This document shows positions 18,737 to 28,145 of a stretch of DNA of 64,000 nt, piece after piece. Below the pieces are notes generated by a model that was not told the origin of the DNA, ran no database searches, and saw nothing but the letters and a program-made list of their open reading frames with translations. Every line of letters starts with the position of its first letter. Position 1 is the first letter of the stretch. A program made the position numbers and the translations under genes. The stretch is from the IMG/VR virus record IMGVR_UViG_3300027859_000006, positions 44,152-108,151 of that record; one strand, given 5' to 3'. Origin of the DNA: a virus.

Positions 18737-19009
18737 TTACTCACCAATGGGTTCTGACCACAATGCTTCAAATGGTTCTTTGCAGTAAACAACATATGAC
18801 CAAGACGTGTAACTTGGGTTACTTTTTCGGTCGACTTTGTTTTCTTCTAGGATTTGAAGATATCGGTCGTATTTTTGCTTAACAGTTCTTTCCTTATCTT
18901 CCTTGAACAAGCGTTGTGTGACTTGCATATGCTTTAACAGCATTTCTTGAGTGTGGTTTGGGAATTTGTTGCAAAACTGTCTTAGTTTAACTTTGTAGGC
19001 TTCTTTCAT
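18737..19009 (-). CDS. Hypothetical protein, paralogue family I
   Basis: MKE.YKVK..QFCNK..TSW.YVVY.KE. Confidence 0.75.
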   Translation of the reverse strand: MKEAYKVKLRQFCNKFPNHTQEMLLKHMQVTQRLFKEDKERTVKQKYDRYLQILEENKVDRKSNPSYTSWSYVVYCKEPFEALWSEPIGE

Positions 19010-19260
19010 TTCTTAAAATACTCCTTATAGCTCTCTTTAAAATATACTACATACTTCCAGCTTGTCCAGCTAGGAGGGTTGGTAGGGTCTTTCAACTCTT
19101 CTGCGCTTACTCGTTCTACGAACGCTTCATAACACTCCTTAACCGAGAGGTGCAGCTTATCAGCACGAAAGCGTTTTCTAGTACTATCTAAAATTTGCTC
19201 TGTAGGGTTTTTATACTTATTACAGAACTGCTTTATTTTAACTTTGTATGATTCTTTCAT
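19006..19260 (-). CDS. Hypothetical protein, paralogue family I
   Basis: Same motif as neighbour. Confidence 0.75.
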   Translation of the reverse strand: MKESYKVKIKQFCNKYKNPTEQILDSTRKRFRADKLHLSVKECYEAFVERVSAEELKDPTNPPSWTSWKYVVYFKESYKEYFKK

Positions 19261-19267
19261 GGTGCTG

Positions 19268-19513
19268 TCAACTTCTATTAATCTTTTTTATTTCTGCTTT
19301 AATAGCTTTTAATCCTCCGACTTTTCTTAGTATCTTCCATCGGGTGTACATTACTTCTAGCTTAGACATATCTTTGTAACCTTTAATCCACCAAGTAGCA
19401 CTGGTGTAGGCGACGTAGTCGCCAGCTCCTAGGTTTACAACAGCTTGTCGGACTAGAGGACAGCTAACTCCAAAGAACTCAGTACAAATACCATATCTTA
19501 ATGCGTTAAACAT
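19268..19513 (-). CDS. Hypothetical protein, paralogue family II
   Basis: GIC..QAV.NLG...YV...WWIK. Confidence 0.75.
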   Translation of the reverse strand: MFNALRYGICTEFFGVSCPLVRQAVVNLGAGDYVAYTSATWWIKGYKDMSKLEVMYTRWKILRKVGGLKAIKAEIKKINRS

Positions 19514-20066
19514 TAGGATTATTCCTCGCTATGAGCATCATTCTAATGCTGTACCAATGTTTTATAATAAATTGTATAATCTCTTTCCTAGCCTTTCTAC
19601 CTGCTTCTGTATTTGGACTACCAGCTTTGACCCAATAGTGTTCTGCTGGGTCTATGCCAGGACACCCCATTTCATGGAGGATTTGGCCGAGATTTCCTAC
19701 ACTACCTAAAGTACCTGAAGGGGTTATATACTCAGCTATTTGATGGCACAGGTAATCGTCGCTTCTTAAATGAAAGGGGGGAGTAAAAGGTACATAGCTT
19801 CTTTGTTCAAGCTCGGTTAGTCTTTCGACTTCTTCTTTCAAAGCACTCAATCCATTCACTCGGTTCAGGATTTTGATTCTAGTAATAACAACTTTCCACC
19901 AAGGAATATTGTAGTAGTCTTTAATCCACCACACGTTCTCCTTATGCTCAACGTATTGAGAGCCGCCTAGATTAATGACGGCTTGTTTAACAATAGGCGA
20001 ACTAAGGTTAGGTCTGTCACCTTTTACGGCTATACAAATACCTACTAATAGTGCTCTTAAATACAT
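19506..20066 (-). CDS. Hypothetical protein, paralogue family II
   Basis: Same motif plus second WV.AG.P.T..G.KAR domain. Confidence 0.75.
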   Translation of the reverse strand: MYLRALLVGICIAVKGDRPNLSSPIVKQAVINLGGSQYVEHKENVWWIKDYYNIPWWKVVITRIKILNRVNGLSALKEEVERLTELEQRSYVPFTPPFHLRSDDYLCHQIAEYITPSGTLGSVGNLGQILHEMGCPGIDPAEHYWVKAGSPNTEAGRKARKEIIQFIIKHWYSIRMMLIARNNPNV

Positions 20067-20572
20067 AGTCTTATCCTCAAGGTGTTCCAGTTTACTCGCA
20101 TAAACCGTATGATTTCTTCTCTAGCCTTTTGCCCTTCTGGAGTATCTGGTTCTCCTGCTTCAACCCATAGAGACTTATATCTGGTTGAGACATTAGGACA
20201 TTTCATACTTAAAAGAATGTCTCTAAGCTGTTCTGAAGTTACAGGAATATCGTAGATTATTTTTAACTGTGGGCAAATATATCTATCAGGCATTAGATCA
20301 GGGCAGCTTACAGGCATAGTAGAAATCTTATTTTCTACTCTTACAGCTTCTTTGCGCAGCTTTTTATACCCTCCGACTTTAATTAGAATTAATAGCCTAA
20401 TGAGCATAATTTTCCACTTAGGGGATTTGTAGTAGTTTTTAATCCACCAAGAAACGCTTTCCCTATCCACATATTTTCCACCACCTAGATTAATAACTGC
20501 TTGCTGTATAACATGAGTATTAATAGTGGATATAGGAAAACAAATACCTCGCTTTATTGCTTCAAACCACAT
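20057..20572 (-). CDS. Hypothetical protein, paralogue family II
   Basis: Same motifs. Confidence 0.75.
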   Translation of the reverse strand: MWFEAIKRGICFPISTINTHVIQQAVINLGGGKYVDRESVSWWIKNYYKSPKWKIMLIRLLILIKVGGYKKLRKEAVRVENKISTMPVSCPDLMPDRYICPQLKIIYDIPVTSEQLRDILLSMKCPNVSTRYKSLWVEAGEPDTPEGQKAREEIIRFMRVNWNTLRIRLCI

Positions 20573-20574
20573 AA

Positions 20575-20856
20575 TTATTCCTCCGCTTCTTTAAGTGCTT
20601 CTTCTAGGTCTTCAATGCACTCAGCTTGGTCATTAATGCGTTGTGCTACTACCATCAATGCAGTTATTTCTATATCTAACAAGTAACTTATAACATTAAT
20701 ATTGGCGGCATTATGTTCAGCTTCTACTACCTTTTCAATCTGCTCATCTGTAAGCATATGACCTATGATGCAACGGCATCCGTCTGAGTCAACGTACTTA
20801 CCTTGTACTAGACGGCCTTGCTCTTTAACTTTTTCAAGCGCTTTCTGTAAGTTCAT
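20575..20856 (-). CDS. Hypothetical protein, paralogue family III
   Basis: V..QG.L...Y..S.GCRCIIGHM..Q..ND. Confidence 0.75.
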   Translation of the reverse strand: MNLQKALEKVKEQGRLVQGKYVDSDGCRCIIGHMLTDEQIEKVVEAEHNAANINVISYLLDIEITALMVVAQRINDQAECIEDLEEALKEAEE

Positions 20857-21160
20857 AGTGTCTTTCCACGTAGCTTTTAGCTTTTTGCATAAATTCTTTC
20901 ACAGACTGACTATGGTCATTTAGTACCTGCAAATCGGATAGAGTTATTAACTCTCTAGTTGTTAAATCTAAGCTTAGAGCGTCTACTGTTCTATTTTGTA
21001 GGTTTGTATTTACAATATACTCTATTTCGTAATCATCCATCAAATGACCAATAACACAGCGGCAGCCTCCGCTGCCTATGTATGCTCGTTTTATAAGTCT
21101 GTTTTGGTCTTCTACTTTCTGAATAGCTTCTAACAAATTTTCTTTAGTTACTGGTTTCAT
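20834..21160 (-). CDS. Hypothetical protein, paralogue family III
   Basis: GCRCVIGHLMDD..LQ.LND. Confidence 0.75.
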   Translation of the reverse strand: MKPVTKENLLEAIQKVEDQNRLIKRAYIGSGGCRCVIGHLMDDYEIEYIVNTNLQNRTVDALSLDLTTRELITLSDLQVLNDHSQSVKEFMQKAKSYVERHYELTESA

Positions 21161-21486
21161 TTAAACAGCTCCTCTACTAATTCTTTAGCTTCTTTTGCAA
21201 ATACGTCTACTGGGAGTTTTTCAATGTCATTCAGGCTTTGAAGTTTTGCTAAAATAAGTCTGTCTTTAACAGACACGTTGATAGAGTTGGTTTCAAGAAG
21301 AAATGCTCCAATAGAGAAATCATTGAACCCAGCTTCTTTTAGTTTAGCCAACTCTTGGTCATCCATCAAGTGACCAATAACACAGCGGCAGCCTGTAGAA
21401 TCTTCATATTCATAATGAGTTAGCTTGCCCTGCTTCTCTACCTTTTGAATAGCTTCTAACAAATTTTCTTTAGTTACTGGTTTCAT
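21157..21486 (-). CDS. Hypothetical protein, paralogue family III
   Basis: N-terminus identical to neighbour. Confidence 0.75.
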   Translation of the reverse strand: MKPVTKENLLEAIQKVEKQGKLTHYEYEDSTGCRCVIGHLMDDQELAKLKEAGFNDFSIGAFLLETNSINVSVKDRLILAKLQSLNDIEKLPVDVFAKEAKELVEELFK

Positions 21487-21803
21487 TGGTACGATTCCTC
21501 GATTATTCGTGTGCAGCGAGCTTTGAAATTGTCCATACTCGTAGCGGTGTCATTAACAAACTGCAACGCTGATAGAATCCCTTCAGGTTCAGTTCCTAGG
21601 AGGTGCTTTCCAATAACACCTATTGGAAGCCCATTAGCATTATTACTTAAAATGGCATGTAGCTCTTTATCTTCTAGTAGATAGCCTACAACATCGCGAT
21701 GTTTGCCGTCGCTGGAAATGTAGGCATTTTTAAGGATAAGACCTTGGTCTATTACTTCCTGTACCGCTTTAGTAACGCTTTCTTTAGTTAGTGCTTTCAC
21801 CAA
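21483..21803 (-). CDS. Hypothetical protein, paralogue family III (Cys lost)
   Basis: QG...Y.S.DG..RDVVGYL..LQ.VND. Confidence 0.7.
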   Translation of the reverse strand: MVKALTKESVTKAVQEVIDQGLILKNAYISSDGKHRDVVGYLLEDKELHAILSNNANGLPIGVIGKHLLGTEPEGILSALQFVNDTATSMDNFKARCTRIIEESYQ

Positions 21804-22140
21804 AATATCTCCTTACAACGTTCTTCGCTTCTTTTTCAAAATAGTCAAGGTCGACAGCTAAGTCGTGCGCTGACTGTAGTGCCATTAACATTAGTACGTC
21901 TTCTTCGTCAAAGAAACCGTGTACTTCCTGTACTGATTCTACTGCTGTATCACTAGGAGTATTATCTGCTAGCTTTCTTTGCTCCGGAGTAAGAAGCTTG
22001 CCTACTACACAGTTGATATTTGGGTCGTCTGGGCTTTCGTAGTAACATCTCTCCTGCTCATTAACGCTTAGGCATCCCTGTGCCACAACTGCATCGATTG
22101 CATCAACAACTTGCTTTCTAGTTAATCGTTTACTCACCAA
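21784..22140 (-). CDS. Hypothetical protein, paralogue family III
   Basis: C.Y..NCVVGKLL..LQ.AHD. Confidence 0.75.
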   Translation of the reverse strand: MVSKRLTRKQVVDAIDAVVAQGCLSVNEQERCYYESPDDPNINCVVGKLLTPEQRKLADNTPSDTAVESVQEVHGFFDEEDVLMLMALQSAHDLAVDLDYFEKEAKNVVRRYFGESTN

Positions 22141-22468
22141 AATACTCCTCTACAACTTTTTTCACTTCTTTTTTAAAACCGTCCAGATCGTTAGCTAAGT
22201 CGTGTACTGCTTGTAGACCAACTAACAATGGAACATCTTCTGGGTCGAAAAATCCATGTTCACGGTTAACCCAGTCTATGCTAGAATCCACTTCAGTAAG
22301 ATCGGCAAGTTCTCTTTGCTCTGGAGTTAGCAACTTACCAACGACACAATTGATATTTGGATTGCTAGGATTTGCATATAGACAGTTCCCTTCAGCGTCC
22401 TGCCCTAAACATCCCTGCGCTACAACCGCATCGATTGCATCAACAACTTGTTTTTTAGTTAAGCGCAT
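22130..22468 (-). CDS. Hypothetical protein, paralogue family III
   Basis: Near duplicate of neighbour. Confidence 0.75.
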   Translation of the reverse strand: MRLTKKQVVDAIDAVVAQGCLGQDAEGNCLYANPSNPNINCVVGKLLTPEQRELADLTEVDSSIDWVNREHGFFDPEDVPLLVGLQAVHDLANDLDGFKKEVKKVVEEYFGE

Positions 22469-22700
22469 TAGTAGCCTCCAATAGTTCTTTCAGTGTGGCG
22501 GGTTTAGCGTCTTTTATGTATGGGAAATCTTCACCGTCAAGAACCCAGTACTCTAGCTCTACTAGAACGTTGTTCTCAACACTGGCGATTAGTACTTCGT
22601 CCTCTCCTGCTTTACCATATATATTTCTGTATAGTTCAAAGAAACAGCTTTTCAGGGCTTCTAGGTTTTCTTCTGTGTCTTCGATAATAAAGTTCTTCAT
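22455..22700 (-). CDS. Hypothetical protein
   Basis: Operon-packed. Confidence 0.65.
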   Translation of the reverse strand: MKNFIIEDTEENLEALKSCFFELYRNIYGKAGEDEVLIASVENNVLVELEYWVLDGEDFPYIKDAKPATLKELLEATNALN

Positions 22701-23101
22701 GCTAATAATTCTCTTACTTGTTTAAGGTAGTCTAATGCTGTCTCGGCATTAGATTCTGTGTTTAAATGAGGATGTTCTAATAAAGGGTTCAAAACATCAG
22801 TGGCTTCGGCATCTGTCTTTCTATTCTTCCACCAACTGCCAAACATAGAGTTTGAAACGGTCTCCCCCACCTCGTCTCCCACGTGAAGCCATACTTCATC
22901 AGGGTTAGTATCTTTTACCAGTCTCGAAACTTCAGGGTCTAGTACTGCATAACCGCAGATACAGGCAGCAGTTTCACAGTTATGGATGGTCGTGCTTTTG
23001 CTAAGTAGTTCTTCGTGTTCGTAGAAAACTGCCATGCTAAGCTCTTTATCCCTAGCAACGACTTCTTCCATAGCGTTAATCACAGCGTTCAAAACTTTCA
23101 T
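22697..23101 (-). CDS. Hypothetical protein, CxxxxCxxG family
   Basis: CETAACICG; HPHL shared with the 23492 gene. Confidence 0.7.
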   Translation of the reverse strand: MKVLNAVINAMEEVVARDKELSMAVFYEHEELLSKSTTIHNCETAACICGYAVLDPEVSRLVKDTNPDEVWLHVGDEVGETVSNSMFGSWWKNRKTDAEATDVLNPLLEHPHLNTESNAETALDYLKQVRELLA

Positions 23102-23104
23102 TCG

Positions 23105-23165
23105 GATTTCCTCATTTATTTAATACATATATTATACGTTAAAATTAAGTAGATTTGCAAGCGAT
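23105..23165 (-). promoter_or_regulatory. Early promoter-leader cassette (representative of ~15 copies)
   Basis: TTGCAA...CGTATAAT followed by ATATGTATTAAATAAATGAGGAAA. Confidence 0.85.
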
Positions 23166-23491
23166 TTTATCTTTGAATTGAACTATGCGTCTCAATGTTT
23201 TTTGCTTCAAATCTCGGTATCTTAGTTCTTGCTCGTATCGCGTTATTTGGTCTTTTGTTAAGACCTAGTCGTACAGGTGTTTCAATATCTCGCTCTAGTG
23301 CTACATAGCTCATAAAAGAAGTTTTCCGGCTCGTATACGTAAGCTCTTCCATTCGTTTCAAACCAACAGTACCCTATTGTAATATAGCCCTGTTCTTTTA
23401 AATACTGGCTTTATTTCGTCGAAGTAGTTTTCTAGTTCAAAGTCATACTAAGCCTAGAATTATTTCCATACACATGGAATGTTAAGGGTAA

Positions 23492-23890
23492 TCATAGCCT
23501 TTTCAACTTTAATATAATAAGGTTAATGAAGTTGATAGCCATTGCTCTGTTATTATGGTCTTCTGTTAAGTGGGGGTGTTTTAGATCATCGTCTGTGAAG
23601 AACTTAGACTCGTACGCCATTGCACGTCTAGCCATGTAAGTAGACCTATAGATACTTTCTGCCACCCTTAGTCCCGCGTCTTCTAGAACATCCTCAAATA
23701 GGTTTTCTAGTTCGCTAGCTGCTGCTATGCAAGCAAGGTTTGAGGACGCATTACCTGGGTCTCTGTAAACTGTCAAGTCACCTATTAAACAGCAAGAGCT
23801 TCCACAATACCAGTACCCCATGTCTAAAGGGATAGTAGCCTTCTCAGAAGCCTTAATCATTTCTTCTAAAAATTTAATTAGTTTGTTCAT
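23492..23890 (-). CDS. Hypothetical protein, CxxxxCxxG family
   Basis: DM..W.CGSSCCLIG; HPHL. Confidence 0.7.
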   Translation of the reverse strand: MNKLIKFLEEMIKASEKATIPLDMGYWYCGSSCCLIGDLTVYRDPGNASSNLACIAAASELENLFEDVLEDAGLRVAESIYRSTYMARRAMAYESKFFTDDDLKHPHLTEDHNNRAMAINFINLIILKLKRL

Positions 23891-24095
23891 TTTGTCGGCT
23901 CTCCAGTATTGAAATGTCAAATGGGTTTAGTACTGAAATTACTTTGTTAAAAGATATTTTTATTCCTGAAAGGTCTGAGAAAATTAAGTTATGGGATTTA
24001 CCCTTTATAGTAATCTCTTTTTCTTTAAGCACGGCAGCCTTCGCTGCCACTTCACTTAAGGGTGTATGGATTACTAGAAGTTCTGCTATTGTCAT
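23874..24095 (-). CDS. Hypothetical protein
   Basis: Operon-packed. Confidence 0.55.
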   Translation of the reverse strand: MTIAELLVIHTPLSEVAAKAAVLKEKEITIKGKSHNLIFSDLSGIKISFNKVISVLNPFDISILESRQNEQTN

Positions 24096-24523
24096 TAGTA
24101 GTCCTTGTAAATTTTAAGTAATTCTTTTTTAGGATCATCGTGCTCAGAGTATTCGTCAGGTACACCGTTTTCTAGGAAATATCTAATGCGTTTCGCTGCT
24201 CCTTTTGGAGTATTATCTACATCTTTCCATTCGTAGCCAAACATCCACTCTTGAGACCGGTAATCAATACCAAAATAGTTCTCTATGAAAATATCCCACA
24301 TAGGAATCATATTAGTCTCTTCGATACTTAGTCCTAGAGCTTGAGGAGCATGACCGATAGCACACGCGGCGTAACCACAGGCTTTAATATCTACATCCTC
24401 TATTTCATCAGGGCAAAGTGTTCCGTTCTCTGAAGCTACCCAGTCTTCCATATCAAAGCGCTTGTAGTCTTCTGGCAAGCCGTCTAGAAATTTTGCTAGT
24501 TTTAAAAGGTTTTCTTTGTTCAT
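24095..24523 (-). CDS. Hypothetical protein, CxxxxCxxG family
   Basis: FDM..W..CGYAACAIGH; first gene after promoter cassette. Confidence 0.7.
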   Translation of the reverse strand: MNKENLLKLAKFLDGLPEDYKRFDMEDWVASENGTLCPDEIEDVDIKACGYAACAIGHAPQALGLSIEETNMIPMWDIFIENYFGIDYRSQEWMFGYEWKDVDNTPKGAAKRIRYFLENGVPDEYSEHDDPKKELLKIYKDY

Positions 24524-24596
24524 TTATTATTCCTCAATCATTCAATACAAGTATTATACGTTAAAATAAGCTATTTATCAAGTGATTTAACGAGAC

Positions 24597-24618
24597 AAAA
24601 AGGAGGCCGAAGCCTCCT
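24597..24618 (-). terminator. Rho-independent terminator (UUCG hairpin)
   Basis: GGAGGC-TTCG-GCCTCC-TTTT. Confidence 0.85.
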
Positions 24619-25079
24619 TACTGTAATTTATATACTATAACGTTGTGGTCGATAAAAATTTCCTCTAATAGAGTAATAACTATTTCCCACTTACCACCAG
24701 CTCTATCACTACCCATTAAATATGGTACAGCAATAGTAGAGCCTTTTGGAGCGTACCTTGAAGCTTCTAACATGGCCTCTACTAGAGCCATGTAACTTAA
24801 CTGCCTACCGAAGTTATCGTTCATTAAGCTAGATTTTCCACCAAAGTAGTCTTGACCGTATAAGTTTAAAACTCTACCGTCTGTAGACATACTTCCTAGT
24901 ATCTTATCGTTAGCATTGTAGTGTACAGTATCCGCTTCGTATGCACTGGGAATCCTTTCCCTGATTTCCTTAGCAATGCCGGAGCCAAAGTTGTTTCGAC
25001 AATTGCAGCAGTGCATTAAAAACTCTACTTCACCCTCTAGTAACGCTGAAACTGCATTTCCTAGTTTAAAATCAATCAT
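24618..25079 (-). CDS. Macrodomain (ADP-ribose binding / hydrolase) protein
   Basis: GN....HCCNC...FGSGIA..I; NLYGQ; P..G..RAGG.W. Confidence 0.88.
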   Translation of the reverse strand: MIDFKLGNAVSALLEGEVEFLMHCCNCRNNFGSGIAKEIRERIPSAYEADTVHYNANDKILGSMSTDGRVLNLYGQDYFGGKSSLMNDNFGRQLSYMALVEAMLEASRYAPKGSTIAVPYLMGSDRAGGKWEIVITLLEEIFIDHNVIVYKLQ

Positions 25080-26611
25080 AGCATCGCCCTCATACGCACG
25101 TCATTCCACGACGTTTTGCGAACCATTTTACCATTCTTAAAGATAACTTCTAAGTCACCACCATCATCGTTAGGTTGCTGGTCGTACAGCTCACCATCAA
25201 TAACTTTTAGGTAGCCCTTAGCTGATTTCTTAGTACCATTATCAGTTTTAGGGTCTTTGAACAGTTCTACATGCTCACCACCACGAGTACCTGCCGTAGC
25301 CTTAAACGCAATTCCTAGAGTGTCTCTAGTATTGTACTGGTATGTGTAAGAACCGATACCGAATACAACGTTGCATGATGCAAAACCTTTAGCAGCTAGT
25401 CGAGCCATAATAGCTTCACAACGGTGAAGTGTGATTGAGTCACCATAAATAAGACCTACTGAGCTATTAAGAATTTTGAAGCCTTCTTCGGTTTCGTCAC
25501 CTCCAAAGATATCATACAAAACTTCAACCGCTCCTTTAATCTCATGCTCCGCTAGCTCTTTACCAGTTTTACGGCAGTAGTAAACACCTCCAGATTCACG
25601 ATACTCACTAGGCTTATAACCAGTAAGAATCTTGACAGGGTCTCCACTATCTGGACGGAACACTGTACGTCCTGGCACTAGTACGTTACCGTCTTCATCT
25701 ACAATGTCTTCTCTGCTTTCGATAAGTTCTTTAAGCAGAACTGTGTAAGAAGTAAGAACTTTCCAGAAGTCCCAAGTGTCTGACACGATACTAACAATAC
25801 CAGCAGGGTATAATTTAAGCAAGCGCTCAAACGTATCTATTTCTTTATCTTTAGAGCCCATACACATTACAGAGTGTTCTGTAGCTGGTACTGTAACACC
25901 TGTCATTGGGTCTGCATTGTGGAAGTATTTTAGCGCTTGTTTCACTGGCAATGTATCTGTACCGTTGAAATACACCATGTGACCCATTGCTCCAAATACT
26001 GCGTCTTCTACAAAAGATAGTCCACGCATTGAGAAGTCATGGCACTGTAGCTCTGTAGAGATATCAGAGCAACCTGTACGAGCTGCGTATTCATCTACTA
26101 GAATACGGAATTCACGTGCAATTGTAGCATTAGTAATAGGCTTCCAAGTAACCGCTGATAGCAGAGTTTCTAGGTAATTAGTAACCCAGAAAAACTCAGG
26201 TAATGTGTCTTTAATAGTTAAGAACGGCACTTTAATTTTAGCAACAGTACCTTCCGGCAAGGCCTTGATGATAATTGGCAAGTAGCCTAGGTCATGTAGA
26301 GCGTATACGTGATCTAGAGTAATAGCACCTGGTCCTAGAGCATCTTCTACAACTTCTTTATACTGAGGACATACATCGTCTCGGTCTTGCTTGAAGAAGT
26401 TTTCATCGAATAGCTCTTTAATAAAATATAATACTGTTGCTTCCATACCTACGGCAACGTATTTACCATCGTGCTTAGGCCATGTTTGTTGGAATATTTT
26501 ATTGCTTCGAGGAGTACCATTAGAATATACAACTTCTGTATCTTCAGGGTACTGGCTTCTGTGGTCTAGTTTATAACCATCAGTAATTAGTAAAGGGTTT
26601 AATTTAAACAT
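25076..26611 (-). CDS. Nicotinamide phosphoribosyltransferase-family enzyme (NARP1 Namat-like)
   Basis: TDGYK..H..QYP, HDF..RG, GTDT, PATEHSVM, SIVSDTWD, RPDSGDP, YGDSIT, TRDT, KKSAKG. Confidence 0.93.
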   Translation of the reverse strand: MFKLNPLLITDGYKLDHRSQYPEDTEVVYSNGTPRSNKIFQQTWPKHDGKYVAVGMEATVLYFIKELFDENFFKQDRDDVCPQYKEVVEDALGPGAITLDHVYALHDLGYLPIIIKALPEGTVAKIKVPFLTIKDTLPEFFWVTNYLETLLSAVTWKPITNATIAREFRILVDEYAARTGCSDISTELQCHDFSMRGLSFVEDAVFGAMGHMVYFNGTDTLPVKQALKYFHNADPMTGVTVPATEHSVMCMGSKDKEIDTFERLLKLYPAGIVSIVSDTWDFWKVLTSYTVLLKELIESREDIVDEDGNVLVPGRTVFRPDSGDPVKILTGYKPSEYRESGGVYYCRKTGKELAEHEIKGAVEVLYDIFGGDETEEGFKILNSSVGLIYGDSITLHRCEAIMARLAAKGFASCNVVFGIGSYTYQYNTRDTLGIAFKATAGTRGGEHVELFKDPKTDNGTKKSAKGYLKVIDGELYDQQPNDDGGDLEVIFKNGKMVRKTSWNDVRMRAML

Positions 26612-27368
26612 GCGATTTTACCTTGTTTTCTGCAAATATTTCGTCGTAGTGCTCTGTTAGCACTTCAACGCCTTTTGAAAAGATACCGTGAGATACATGA
26701 AGAATCTTTTTCTTAACTTCTGGTAGAACTTTAGCTAACTCAATGAAAGTACGTCCACCGTCACAAATGTCGTCTATTACCAGTACCACATCATCTTTAG
26801 TGAGTTTATCAATATCAGATACTTTGTAGTCTGTAATCTCCCCCGACTCGTTGCGAACTTTAGTACCGTATAAGATTTTAAGCTCGCACTTTAACTTATT
26901 AGGTAGAAGCTTGTAATACTTGTCCTTAGCTCCTTTATCAGGGAATACTAACGCTGTAGCTTTGTGGTGCGATACTAACTCTTCAACATCTTGATGGACG
27001 TTGTCGTAGTAACCACTGTGTGTATCAGAATGTACATCGAAAGTCACTATGTTATTATAGCTGTTTTTGAGTAACTTAATAATAAGCGCTTTCCCGCCAG
27101 ATTCCCCTTTGGAGCATACTCTATCCTGTCTAGAGTACGGCAAGTATGGTATTGACAATATCAGCGTAACGTTATGATTGGCTCGTCTTAAAGCATCGCT
27201 AAGCATTAGCAATTGCATAATAGTTTCTGAGCTATAATCCTCAGTTACAGATACCGTTAGCTGGTCTGGTAGGTTTTTAGGTATAACCCGAACACCTACT
27301 TCACCTGCGGGAAACTTCCAAAAATCAACAGGTACTTGGTGACCTAATGCATTACTTACTACAATCAT
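26604..27368 (-). CDS. Ribose-phosphate pyrophosphokinase-like enzyme (NARP1 Adps-like)
   Basis: FPAGE, PYLPYSRQDR, D.HS, PDKGA, IDDICDGGRTF, HGIFSKG. Confidence 0.9.
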   Translation of the reverse strand: MIVVSNALGHQVPVDFWKFPAGEVGVRVIPKNLPDQLTVSVTEDYSSETIMQLLMLSDALRRANHNVTLILSIPYLPYSRQDRVCSKGESGGKALIIKLLKNSYNNIVTFDVHSDTHSGYYDNVHQDVEELVSHHKATALVFPDKGAKDKYYKLLPNKLKCELKILYGTKVRNESGEITDYKVSDIDKLTKDDVVLVIDDICDGGRTFIELAKVLPEVKKKILHVSHGIFSKGVEVLTEHYDEIFAENKVKSHV

Positions 27369-27536
27369 TTACCGCTCCTCTCTAGGTGCTAAATAGCGGG
27401 GCATTCCCCACACGTTTACAAGGTGTTCGTATTCCCCATCTTTCCAAAGTGACACAAGCTCTTTTATATCATCTTCTTGGTCATCTTCACAGAGCCAGCG
27501 GAAAAAGTTAACTTCTCTAAATGTATTCGTATTCAT
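27369..27536 (-). CDS. Small hypothetical protein (55 aa), first gene of NAD operon
   Basis: AAGGAG RBS after promoter; MNTNTFREV...PREER. Confidence 0.55.
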   Translation of the reverse strand: MNTNTFREVNFFRWLCEDDQEDDIKELVSLWKDGEYEHLVNVWGMPRYLAPREER

Positions 27537-27571
27537 TTGTTCTCCTTAATTTATGTATATATTATACGAAA

Positions 27572-27808
27572 TTAAGAGCGTTTTGGCAAGTCGTTTTCTT
27601 CTTTCATTTCTCGGTAAAAGTGTAAATTTTGCAGCGTAACTGCTTTAGCTATTAACTCTAGCCTTTCTCGCTTCATTATTTCTATAGAGTATCTAGCAAG
27701 GTCTATGTTTTGCCTAGTTAGAGTAATCTCTTCTAACATAGCTTCTATTTCTTGAATAGCAAGATTGCGACTTTCTATCTCGTTAGCTAAGTTTTCTAAT
27801 GTACTCAT
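27572..27808 (-). CDS. Hypothetical protein
   Basis: Operon-packed. Confidence 0.6.
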   Translation of the reverse strand: MSTLENLANEIESRNLAIQEIEAMLEEITLTRQNIDLARYSIEIMKRERLELIAKAVTLQNLHFYREMKEENDLPKRS

Positions 27809-28145
27809 AAAGTTTTTCTCTAGTCAGTACTTCACCAATGGCTTTTTCAAAATAAGTAATCCAGCCTCTAGTGTTAGGGTACTTTCCAAATTCGTAGTGA
27901 GCCTGGAAGTCTTTAAAACTCACCTCATTTTCGTACTCTCTACTAGGGCGAAATGAAATTGTTTCGAATTGCTGTTGGCACGCTCTAAGTGCCTCTGATT
28001 TAGTGATTCTAGTATTGAACTTTTTAGCTACATATCTGTAGTCTATATCGCTCTCTACTATATATTCTTCAATAAAGGCGGGAGTAAATGTCCCATCCTT
28101 GTTTTGAAACTCTTCTTTTAAATGCTGAAAAATATCTAAAGACAT
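27783..28145 (-). CDS. Hypothetical protein
   Basis: Coupled start MSLDIF. Confidence 0.6.
   Translation of the reverse strand: MSLDIFQHLKEEFQNKDGTFTPAFIEEYIVESDIDYRYVAKKFNTRITKSEALRACQQQFETISFRPSREYENEVSFKDFQAHYEFGKYPNTRGWITYFEKAIGEVLTREKLYEYIRKLS

Noticed and set aside
23167-23361. 64-aa ORF
   Set aside because: TTG start with weak support; may be a gene remnant, so not called.
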